Positions 18,958 to 26,626 of a DNA stretch of 35,252 bases are shown here, piece after piece. The stretch covers positions 1-35,252 of the forward strand of contig JBEVIU010000059.1 of NCBI GenBank assembly GCA_040510575.1, written 5' to 3'. The position numbers and the translations under genes are program-made. The DNA is from Acidimicrobiia bacterium (GTDB taxonomy: Bacteria > Actinomycetota > Acidimicrobiia > IMCC26256 > DASPTH01). Under the pieces are notes generated by a model. The model was not told the origin of the DNA. It searched no databases and was given only the letters and a program-made list of their open reading frames with translations. The stretch's first letter is position 1, and each line of letters starts with the position of its first letter.

Positions 18958-19174
18958 CTGCCGCTGTTCGAGGGGCGAGCGCCCGCAGGTCCATCCGCAC
19001 GCGTGGGTCGCGCCGACCGCGACGCTCGTCGGTGACGTCGTCGTCGAAGCCGGCGCCAGCAACTGGTACGGCGCCGTGCTGCGGTGCGACTACGGCTTCC
19101 ACGCGTGGCAGGTGTTCGTGACGACAGCCGATGGCGACCTGCTGCTCGCAGAAGGATGGACGAAGACCGGTTGA
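18958..19174 (+). pseudogene. Remnant of a gamma-carbonic-anhydrase-like / hexapeptide-repeat (LbH) gene
   Basis: PLFEG in one frame and ERPQVHPHAWVAPTATLVGDVVVEAGASNWYGAVLRCDYG in the next together match the N-terminus of gamma-CA/YrdA-type proteins. The two frames join if one G is removed from the GGGG run at 18972..18975. Similarity ends after about 45 residues. Confidence 0.4.
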
Positions 19175-19200
19175 TCCGTGAGGCGGTCTAGGGTCGCTTC

Positions 19201-20043
19201 ATGGATCGGGTCGTCGTGATCACCGGCACGTCGAGTGGCATCGGCCAGGCAACTGCAATCGCGTTCGCACAGGCGGGCGACACCGTCGTCGCCACCGTGC
19301 GGAACCCGGCGCGGGCAACGGAGCTGCGCTCGACGGCAGACCGCGCGGGCGTCGAGATCCAGGTGCTGGCGCTCGACGTCACCTCCGACGAGTCGGTTGA
19401 CGCTGCGATCGAGCGGGTGCTCACCGAGCACGGCCGCGTCGACGTGCTCGTGAACAACGCGGGGCTCGGGATGCAGGCGACGCTCGACGAGCTGAGCATC
19501 GACGATCTCCAGCGAGCGCTCGACGTGAACTACCTCGGAGTCGCGCGCGTCACGAAGGCCGTCCTGCCGTCGATGCATGCCGCCGGCGCGGGGTGCGTGA
19601 TCGTGGTCACCAGCATCGCAGGAGCGTTGGGTCAGCCGTTCAACGACGCCTACTGCGCGTCGAAGCACGCCGTCGAGGGCTTGTTCGAGTCGATGCGGCC
19701 GGTCGAGGCCGCGCTCGGGGTGAAGGTGTGCATCGTCGAGCCCGGGCCGGTGGCCACCCCGTTCCACGACTCCTCGGAGCAGATCGACTCGACTGATCCT
19801 GCGATCATGCGACTCAAGGCCAACTATCGCCAGATGATGGACGGCACCCTCGACCGCGCCCAGGACGCCGACGGCGTGGCCGAGGTGATCCTTGCGGTCG
19901 CCGACGATCCCGATGCCTCGTTGCGGCACCAGTCGTCACGGTTCACGGCGCGACTGCTCGAACGCAAGCTCGCCGACCTGAGCGGCGAGCAGGTGATCGC
20001 GATGACGTCGCCGTGGATCCAGCCCGCACCGGATCCCGGGTAG
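19201..20043 (+). CDS. SDR-family oxidoreductase (classical)
   Basis: TGTSSGIG, NNAG and YCASKHAVE motifs; 280 aa. Confidence 0.85.
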   Translation: MDRVVVITGTSSGIGQATAIAFAQAGDTVVATVRNPARATELRSTADRAGVEIQVLALDVTSDESVDAAIERVLTEHGRVDVLVNNAGLGMQATLDELSIDDLQRALDVNYLGVARVTKAVLPSMHAAGAGCVIVVTSIAGALGQPFNDAYCASKHAVEGLFESMRPVEAALGVKVCIVEPGPVATPFHDSSEQIDSTDPAIMRLKANYRQMMDGTLDRAQDADGVAEVILAVADDPDASLRHQSSRFTARLLERKLADLSGEQVIAMTSPWIQPAPDPG

Positions 20044-20046
20044 CGG

Positions 20047-21072
20047 TCAGTCCGGCTCGACGCGCTTCGACTTGGCCCGGCTCGGCGCGACGCGGGAAGG
20101 CTCATCGGGCTGCTTCGGGTAGACGGGCGGCCACGGCGCGTCCTTCAGCCCAGCCGCCTGATCGCGTGCGCGCAGCTCGAGCAGCGGATCGAGGGACTGC
20201 GGCGCGTCGTTCATCGCGGCCCACGGATCGGGATCCTTCGCGAGCCGATCAGGCAGCGTCGCGAGCGTGAGGTCGTCCGGGTGGATGTCGGGGAGCTCGT
20301 CCCAATGGAACGGCGTGGACACCTGCGCGCCCGGCCGTGAGCGCACCGACCACGCACCGAACACCGTCTTGTGCGGGGCGTTCTGGTTGTAGTCGACGAA
20401 CACGCGGTCGCCGCGCTCTTCCTTCCACCACGCGGCAGTGAGCAGTTCGGGGTGGCGCCGTTCGAGCTCGCGCGCGATCGCCACCGCGCCGTGGCGGACG
20501 TCGTAGGAGTCCCAGCGCGGCTCGAGGCGCACGTACACGTGCACACCGCGGTTGCCCGTGGTCTTCGCGTAGCCCTCGATGCCGAGCTCCTCGAGCAACT
20601 CGTGCAGCGCGACCGCAGCGGCACGGATGTGTGCGAAGTCGTTGCCGGGCTGCGGGTCGAGGTCGATGCGCAGCTCGTCGGTGTGCTCGGGATCGGCGGC
20701 GAGGTACGGCCACGGGTGGAACCCGAGGCACCCTATGTTCACCGCCCACGCGACGTGCGCGAGATCGGCCACCACCATCGCGTTCGACGTGGTGCCGTTG
20801 GGCGTGCTCACGATCGTGGTCTGCAGCCACTCCGGCGCCGACTTCGGCACCCGCTTCTGGAAGAACGACGACCCCTCGGCGCCATCGGGGAAGCGCTGCA
20901 GCATCGTGGGCCGTCCGCCCATCGTGCGCATGAGCGGCTCGGCCACGCGCAGGTAGTGGTGCACGAGATCAAGCTTCGTCTCGCCGTGCTCGGAGAAGAA
21001 CACCTTGCCCGGATTCGAGATCGTGACGTCGCGTCCGTCGATCACGAGCACGGTCTCATCACCCTTGGCCAC
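20047..21072 (-). CDS. Stand-alone LigD-type NHEJ primase-polymerase domain protein
   Basis: Typical LigD PolDom sequence (ISNPGKVFF, PTMLQRFPDG, ELRIDLDP, TTGNRGVHVYV, VFVDYNQN). GTG start. No ligase or nuclease domain is fused. Confidence 0.85.
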   Translation of the reverse strand: MAKGDETVLVIDGRDVTISNPGKVFFSEHGETKLDLVHHYLRVAEPLMRTMGGRPTMLQRFPDGAEGSSFFQKRVPKSAPEWLQTTIVSTPNGTTSNAMVVADLAHVAWAVNIGCLGFHPWPYLAADPEHTDELRIDLDPQPGNDFAHIRAAAVALHELLEELGIEGYAKTTGNRGVHVYVRLEPRWDSYDVRHGAVAIARELERRHPELLTAAWWKEERGDRVFVDYNQNAPHKTVFGAWSVRSRPGAQVSTPFHWDELPDIHPDDLTLATLPDRLAKDPDPWAAMNDAPQSLDPLLELRARDQAAGLKDAPWPPVYPKQPDEPSRVAPSRAKSKRVEPD

Positions 21073-21219
21073 CGCGTCACGGTAGTGGGAGCGGCAACGC
21101 GCTCACGGCGACGGCGGTCAGGCGTTCGCGACCCACGCCTCGAAGTCGTCCATCCTGTACTCGGGCAGCCGCTCCCAGATCTTGCGGTGCTCCGCGCCGC
21201 TTCCCGGCGGAGCGCGGGG

Positions 21220-21549
21220 CTACGCCTGGAGCTCCGCCACCTGCTCGTAGAGCACCATCGACGGGGGCGGATCCATCGCGAGCACGTCGCTCATGCGGAG
21301 CTCGCCGGCCGCCATCGCGGTGCCGATTCCGGCCTGCGCGGCCTCGAGATCGTCGGCCTCGATCTCGTAGATCGCGAGATGCGGCGTGCCGCCGCCCTCG
21401 CCACCGACCTGCGTGAACCGTCGGGCCGACGTGAACCCCGCGAGCTTGAGGATGTCGACCAGGTGCACGTCGTTGTACCAGTCGTGGAACTCGTCCTCGC
21501 GACCTTCTGCCGCCGCGGTCTGCACGAGCAGGATTCCCTTTGCCATCAC
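21220..21549 (-). CDS. Small dimeric alpha/beta-barrel-like protein (EthD/Dabb-like), function unknown
   Basis: 109-aa ORF with high GC3. The pattern GILLVQ...EDEFHDWYNDVHLVDILKLAGFTSARRF is reminiscent of EthD/DUF4286-type small barrels. The family assignment is from memory only. Confidence 0.55.
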   Translation of the reverse strand: MMAKGILLVQTAAAEGREDEFHDWYNDVHLVDILKLAGFTSARRFTQVGGEGGGTPHLAIYEIEADDLEAAQAGIGTAMAAGELRMSDVLAMDPPPSMVLYEQVAELQA

Positions 21550-21666
21550 GACCTCCGTCTCCCCCGCCGGCGATCGCGGCGTCCGGGCGGATCGACACTA
21601 ACCCGCGCACACGCGTCGAGTTTCGGCGTCGCTGGACCACATCTAGTGTGGCCCGACGACGCCAGA

Positions 21667-21695
21667 AGATTCAGAGCAGCAAGAGATTCAGAGCA
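21667..21695. repeat. 12-bp direct repeat AGATTCAGAGCA x2 (period 17) in a relatively AT-rich intergenic stretch
   Basis: Exact copies at 21667..21678 and 21684..21695. Confidence 0.9.
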
Positions 21696-21827
21696 CATGG
21701 GGACACGATGGGATCGACGGTCACCGGACCGATCACCGGCGGTACGCACGGCTGGGTGTTCGGCGCCGCGACGATCGATCTCGTGGTACTGGGACGACTG
21801 AGTCTCTGAGATTTTTCTCGCGCGAAG

Positions 21828-21856
21828 TGTCGATCTCGTCGCCGCCCGTTCGTGTA
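21828..21856 (+). promoter_or_regulatory. Candidate ECF-type promoter upstream of yciI-like gene
   Basis: TGTCGA (21828..21833), then 17 nt, then CGTGTA (21851..21856), about 54 nt upstream of the yciI-like ATG. As I recall, TGTCGA is the -35 reported for ECF42-type sigma factors. Confidence 0.4.
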
Positions 21857-21909
21857 GGAGTCGAGGCCGCCACGAGGCGGTCCGGAGAATCCCGACGAGG
21901 AGTACCGAG

Positions 21910-22266
21910 ATGACCCAGTACATGCTTTCCGTGCACAGCGTCGAAGGAGAGACGGCCCCGTCCGAGGAGCTCATGCAGCAGACGTACGCCGACGTCGACG
22001 TGTTCAACGCCAAGCTCCAGGCGAATGGCGCGTGGGTCTTCGGCGGCGGCCTCCACCCCGCTGACACCGCAACGGTCGTACGCGCCGAAGCCGGCGATGT
22101 GCTCGTCACCGACGGGCCGTTCGCCGAGGCGAAGGAGCAGCTCGGTGGCTTCTGGATCATCGAGGCCGCCGATCTCGACGCGGCGCTGAAGTGGGCCGCC
22201 GAGGCCAGTGTGGCGTGCGGAGGTCCGGTCGAGGTGCGCCCCTTCCAGGACGAGCCCGAGGCCTGA
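21910..22266 (+). CDS. YciI-family (DGPF-domain) protein
   Basis: 118 aa with [19 protein letters not shown], typical of YCII-related proteins. The SD GAGGAG lies 7 nt upstream. Confidence 0.85.
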   Translation: MTQYMLSVHSVEGETAPSEELMQQTYADVDVFNAKLQANGAWVFGGGLHPADTATVVRAEAGDVLVTDGPFAEAKEQLGGFWIIEAADLDAALKWAAEASVACGGPVEVRPFQDEPEA

Positions 22267-22277
22267 TCGGCGCCACC

Positions 22278-23513
22278 GTGCCCAGCGAGCCGGCGGTGAC
22301 GACGGCCGACATCGAGCGGGTGTTCCGCTCGGAATCCGGTCGTGCAGTGGCGAGCCTGGTCCGCTTCTTCGGCGACATCGATCTCGCCGAGGAAGCGGTC
22401 CAGGAAGCCTTCGTCGTCGCGCTCGAACGTTGGCCGGTGAGCGGGATGCCCCCGAGCCCAGCGGGCTGGATCATCACCACCGCGCGGAACCGCGGCATCG
22501 ATCGCATCCGTCGTGAGTCCACCCGAGACGACCGACACGCAGAGGCCACGCGCATGCTCGAGCCGGACGACAAGGCCTTCGACACCAGCGCGGTCGACGA
22601 CGACCGATTGCGACTCGTGTTCACCTGCTGCCATCCCGCGCTCGCTCCCGCCGCTCGAGTGGCACTCACCCTGCGACTCATCGCCGGTCTACAGACCCCC
22701 GAGATCGCGCGCGCGTTCCTCGTTCCCGAAGCGACGATGGCGCAGCGGCTCGTGCGAGCCAAGCGCAAGATCAGCGCGGCGAACATCCCGTACCGCGTGC
22801 CTACCGACGAGGAGCTCCCCGATCGTCTCCGTTCCGCGCTCGCAGTGATCTATCTCGTGTTCAACGAGGGATACCTGGCATCCGACGGTGACGCCCTGAC
22901 GCGCGGCGAGCTGTCGGCCGAGGCGATCCGCCTGGCTCGTCTGATGGTCGAGCTCATGCCCGACGAAGCCGAAGCGCACGGTCTGCTCGCGCTCGTGTTG
23001 TTGACCGAGGCGCGCCGCGCCGCGCGCGCCGATGGCGAGGGCCGGATGGTCCGGCTCGCGGAGCAAGACCGGTCGCGCTGGGATCCCGACCTCGTTGCGG
23101 AGGGTCAGGACATCGTGCGCGGTTGTCTTCGCCGCAACCTGCCTGGTCCGTACCAGATCCAGGCCGCGATCGCAGCGGTCCACAGCGACGCTGCCTTCGC
23201 GGAGGCGACTGACTGGACCCAGATCGTGGCCCTCTACGACCAGCTCCTCGCGTACATGCCCACCCCCGTCGTGGCGCTCAACCGCGCGATCGCGGTGAGC
23301 GAGCGCGACGGCCCAGCGCCCGCGCTCGCGCTGCTCGACGATCTCGATGCCGCCCTCGACTCCTATCACCTCTACCACGCGGCCCGAGGCGACCTGTTCG
23401 AGCGACTCGGCGCGACGGACGACGCCGCGCATGCGTACACCGCCGCGCTGGCGCTCACCACGAACCGCGCTGAGCGCGAGCTCCTCGAGCGACGGCTCGG
23501 ACGACTCGGTTGA
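22278..23513 (+). CDS. ECF sigma factor with long C-terminal TPR-like extension (ECF42-like)
   Basis: Sigma2/sigma4 regions ([61 protein letters not shown]) are followed by about 230 aa of helical repeat. GTG 22278 is chosen as the start; GTG 22296 is the alternative. The track start at 22191 overlaps yciI. Confidence 0.85.
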   Translation: MPSEPAVTTADIERVFRSESGRAVASLVRFFGDIDLAEEAVQEAFVVALERWPVSGMPPSPAGWIITTARNRGIDRIRRESTRDDRHAEATRMLEPDDKAFDTSAVDDDRLRLVFTCCHPALAPAARVALTLRLIAGLQTPEIARAFLVPEATMAQRLVRAKRKISAANIPYRVPTDEELPDRLRSALAVIYLVFNEGYLASDGDALTRGELSAEAIRLARLMVELMPDEAEAHGLLALVLLTEARRAARADGEGRMVRLAEQDRSRWDPDLVAEGQDIVRGCLRRNLPGPYQIQAAIAAVHSDAAFAEATDWTQIVALYDQLLAYMPTPVVALNRAIAVSERDGPAPALALLDDLDAALDSYHLYHAARGDLFERLGATDDAAHAYTAALALTTNRAERELLERRLGRLG

Positions 23514-23619
23514 AGTGGGGCGGAGTTCGAGTGCGTTGGCGCGGTCGTAGTAGCGAACTGCCACGGCGAACATCAGCGGTGCTGCCATCGCGACCGACAG
23601 CAGCTGGACCGCGATGTGA

Positions 23620-24117
23620 TCAGCCCATCGTCTTCGCGCCGTCGATCGCCTCGCGGATGATGTCGGCGTGACCGGCGTGCTGCGCGGTCTCGCCGATCAT
23701 GTGCAGCACGACCTCACGGGCTGACCGGTGCGTGTCGGGCGGGAACCACGGCGCCGGCGGGAGGAGGTGCGACGCGTCGAGGTCGTCGAGGCTCGCGATC
23801 AGCGCGTCGGTGCGCGCCGCCACCTCCGCGTAGTGCGCGAGCACGCCCTCGACGGTGTCACCGGGCTGCATCGCGAAGTTGGCATCGCGGTCACCCTGCG
23901 ACGCGGCCTCGGTGTCCATCGCATCGGCCCCACCGACGATGAACGCCGCCCACACGGCCTCCGTGTCGGCGACGTGCTTCACCAGGCCGCCGAGGCACAG
24001 CGCGCTCACCGTGCTGCGCCGCGCGGCTTGTTCGTCGGTCATGCCCTCGAGGGTGTGGCGGAGGAACTCGCGGCGTTCGGCGAGGACGGCCAAGAGGGTG
24101 CGCTGCTCGTTCGTCAT
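23620..24117 (-). CDS. DinB-family (DUF664, mycothiol-transferase-like) protein
   Basis: 165 aa with the typical DUF664 layout (ERREFLRHTLEGMTDEQ...LVKHVADTE...HMIGETAQHAGHADIIRE). Start at ATG 24117. Confidence 0.8.
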   Translation of the reverse strand: MTNEQRTLLAVLAERREFLRHTLEGMTDEQAARRSTVSALCLGGLVKHVADTEAVWAAFIVGGADAMDTEAASQGDRDANFAMQPGDTVEGVLAHYAEVAARTDALIASLDDLDASHLLPPAPWFPPDTHRSAREVVLHMIGETAQHAGHADIIREAIDGAKTMG

Positions 24118-24174
24118 GGTGATCGTGCCCTTCTCTCTGGGTGCAGGTCGACTCGTGATCAGACCGTAGGCAAC

Positions 24175-24199
24175 ATTGCGGACAGTTTCTGTCCGCAAT
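24175..24199. promoter_or_regulatory. Perfect 11-3-11 palindrome, candidate operator
   Basis: ATTGCGGACAG-TTT-CTGTCCGCAAT. It lies 19 nt upstream of the WYL regulator ATG and 58 nt upstream of the divergent DinB ATG. Confidence 0.5.
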
Positions 24200-24217
24200 A
24201 GCGGATATTCTTCGGGA

Positions 24218-25183
24218 ATGGCGGACCCGAGCTCCCGCATGCTGCGACTGCTCTCGCTGCTCCAACACCGCCCCTACTGGTCGGGTTCCGAGCTTGCCGT
24301 GCGGCTCGAGGTCTCCCCCCGCACCGTTCGGCGCGACGTCGATCGGCTGCGCGACCTGGGCTACCCGGTGAACGCGCGCCCGGGCGTGGACGGTGGGTAC
24401 GAGCTCGCACCGGGTGCCGCACTCCCACCGCTCGTGCTCGACGACGACGAAGCACTCGCGCTGGTCATCGGGCTCCACGCCACGATCAACGGCGCGGTCG
24501 CGGGCGTGGCGGAAGCATCGTTGGCGGCGCTGACGAAGGTGGTGGCAGTGATGCCGCCGCGCCTGCGCCAACGTGTCGATGCGGTGCGCGCGATGACCGT
24601 CCCCTCGGAGCTCGCTGCCTCTCGCGCATCGGTCGCGCTCGACACGCTGGCCACCCTGGCGGTCGCGTGCCGCAACAACGAACGAGTCGCCTTCGCGTAC
24701 GTGGACCGCGAGGGAGTCGCGAGCGATCGCGAGGTCGAGCCGCACCGCATCGTGCTGGTCGGCGACCGTTGGTATCTCGTCGCGTTCGACACGACGCGCC
24801 GCGACTGGCGCACCTTTCGCGTCGATCGTCTCCGCGATCTCGAGGCGCTCGGGAGCCGCTTCCACCCACGCGACCTCGGCGTCGACGCGGCGACCTTCGT
24901 CGAGCGCGGCCTCACGCAGGTGACGGCGCTCCACACCGTCGAAGCCATCGTCGAAGCGCCCGCCGCGGACGTCGCCGCGCGGATCGGGCAGTGGGTGACG
25001 GTCGAACCCCTCGACAGCGGGCGGTGTCACGTCACGATGATCACCGAGTCGCTCGACTGGCCTGCGTTCGCGTTCGGCGCGCTCGGCGCGGAGTTCACCG
25101 TGGTGTCACCACCCGAATTCGCCGAGCACCTCGACGACTGGTCGAAGCGGTTCGCTGCTGCTGCTGCGTCGCTCGATCGGTAG
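24218..25183 (+). CDS. HTH-WYL-domain transcriptional regulator (YafY/PafBC-like architecture)
   Basis: N-terminal wHTH (RMLRLLSLLQHRPYWSGSELAVRLEVSPRTVRRDVDRLRDLGYPV) and a central WYL-type segment (VEPHRIVLVGDRWYLVAFD). Start at ATG 24218. Confidence 0.85.
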   Translation: MADPSSRMLRLLSLLQHRPYWSGSELAVRLEVSPRTVRRDVDRLRDLGYPVNARPGVDGGYELAPGAALPPLVLDDDEALALVIGLHATINGAVAGVAEASLAALTKVVAVMPPRLRQRVDAVRAMTVPSELAASRASVALDTLATLAVACRNNERVAFAYVDREGVASDREVEPHRIVLVGDRWYLVAFDTTRRDWRTFRVDRLRDLEALGSRFHPRDLGVDAATFVERGLTQVTALHTVEAIVEAPAADVAARIGQWVTVEPLDSGRCHVTMITESLDWPAFAFGALGAEFTVVSPPEFAEHLDDWSKRFAAAAASLDR

Positions 25184-25267
25184 GGCAGGGCGCAAGCGCG
25201 GCGTCGTGTGGTGACGACTCGTCACGACCGGCGATACTGCGCCGAGCCGACCTTGCCCAAAGCGATC

Positions 25268-25297
25268 AGGCCCAAGGTGAACAGGCCAAAGGTGAAC
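25268..25297. repeat. Tandem 15-bp direct repeat (2 copies, 1 mismatch)
   Basis: AGGCCCAAGGTGAAC / AGGCCAAAGGTGAAC, immediately upstream of the SD of the MDMPI-like gene. Confidence 0.85.
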
Positions 25298-25312
25298 GCG
25301 GAGGATGTGACC

Positions 25313-26104
25313 GTGAGCGATGCCGAATCGGAAGCGAGCGCCCGCGCCGTCGTGGACTCGCTGCGCACGTCGAGTGACCATCTCCGTGCGCTCGTGACCC
25401 CGCTCGACGACGACGCCCTCGCCGGCCCCGCGTACCCGACGGAGTGGACGATCGCCGACGTCATGTCGCACGTCGGCTCCGGTGCGGTGATCATGCAGCG
25501 CCGCGTCGACGACGCGCGCCGCGGCCTGTCGACCCCCGACAACTTCGCGCCGTCGGTGTGGGACGAGTGGAACGCGAAATCGCCGCGCGCGAAGGCCGAC
25601 GACGGCCTGGCGGCGGATCAGGCACTGGTCGAGACGCTCGCGGGGCTCGCCGACGTCGACGAAGATCCGCTCGAGTTCGAGATGGGACCGATGACCTTGG
25701 GCTTCGCTGAGTTCGTCGGATTGCGGTTGAACGAGCACACCCTCCACACGTGGGACATCGAGGTCGCGGTCGATCCCGCCGCGGGCTTGCCCGACGGGGC
25801 CGCTGCGAGCGCCGTCGACAACCTCGCGCTCATCATGCGCTACACGGCGCGCCCGACCGGCGACGCGCGCACCATCCACGTGCAGACCACCGATCCGACG
25901 CGCTCGTTCACGGTGACCTTGGCGCCGGACTCGGCGAGCTGCGAGGCCGATGACGCCGAGGCCGCGGCCGCGGCCGACGTGGTGCTCCCGGCCGAGGCGT
26001 GGGTGCGGCTCGTCTACGGTCGACTCGACGCCGAGCACACGCCGGCGTTCACCGGCGATGCGAGCACGCTCGAGACCCTTCGCCAGGTGTTTCCAGGGCC
26101 CTGA
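25313..26104 (+). CDS. Maleylpyruvate-isomerase-family mycothiol-dependent enzyme (MDMPI_N / DinB-like N-domain)
   Basis: LRALVTPLDDDALAGPAYPTEWTIADVMSHVG and EHTLHTWD are typical of the TIGR03083-type family. GTG 25313 has GGAGGA 7 nt upstream. Confidence 0.75.
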   Translation: MSDAESEASARAVVDSLRTSSDHLRALVTPLDDDALAGPAYPTEWTIADVMSHVGSGAVIMQRRVDDARRGLSTPDNFAPSVWDEWNAKSPRAKADDGLAADQALVETLAGLADVDEDPLEFEMGPMTLGFAEFVGLRLNEHTLHTWDIEVAVDPAAGLPDGAAASAVDNLALIMRYTARPTGDARTIHVQTTDPTRSFTVTLAPDSASCEADDAEAAAAADVVLPAEAWVRLVYGRLDAEHTPAFTGDASTLETLRQVFPGP

Positions 26105-26131
26105 CGTCGATGGCCTGACCTCGTATCGCGG

Positions 26132-26588
26132 TCAGGAGACGACCACTCGAGCCTGCGCCAGGTTCGGGATGCGGCGTGCGGTGGACGACGTGTCGCCCTC
26201 GCGGTGCGAGTGCTGTGCAGGTCGGCGACCCCAGTGGTCGAGGCCGATGGCGGTGAGCACCTGGTAGTAGCAGCGGCCGACGGCGGTCGACTCGTCGACG
26301 AGGTCGATCTGGTGGGTCCCGGTGAAGTGGCGCACGTAGATGGGCGGGCCGCCCTCGTCACGGGTGCGGTCGCGCGCGCCGGTGAAGATCTCGATGATCT
26401 CGTCGCGGCCCGTGTAGACGCTCACCGGTGTGCATGACCGCGTCGGGAGCGAAAAGCTCGAGCACCTGCGGGAAGCGACCGGTGTCACCGTTCGCGTTGT
26501 AGCGGGCGACGAGGTCCCGAATCTCCTCTCGCGCTGACAGCTCCCAGAGCTCCACGACTACCCCCCGGATCGGCTCGGTCGGCACCAT
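26132..26588 (-). pseudogene. Frameshifted NTF2-like (SnoaL_4-type) gene
   Basis: The N-terminal half (REEIRDLVARYNANGDTGRFPQVLELFAPDAVMHTGE) and the C-terminal half (VYTGRDEIIEIFTGA...YVRHFTGTHQIDL...GRCYYQVL) lie in two frames. They join with a 1-nt indel near 26425. Confidence 0.55.
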
Positions 26589-26626
26589 ATCCCAGGCCCC
26601 GACGGTCGGCGCTAGCTTCTCCAACG

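Noticed and set aside
23514-23619. Minus-strand frame reading ..HIAVQLLSVAMAAPLMFAVAVRYYDRANALE.. between the sigma and DinB genes
   Set aside because: It is part of a 299-aa ORF that is otherwise antisense to the sigma gene. It overlaps the DinB C-terminus in another frame, and no family is recognisable.
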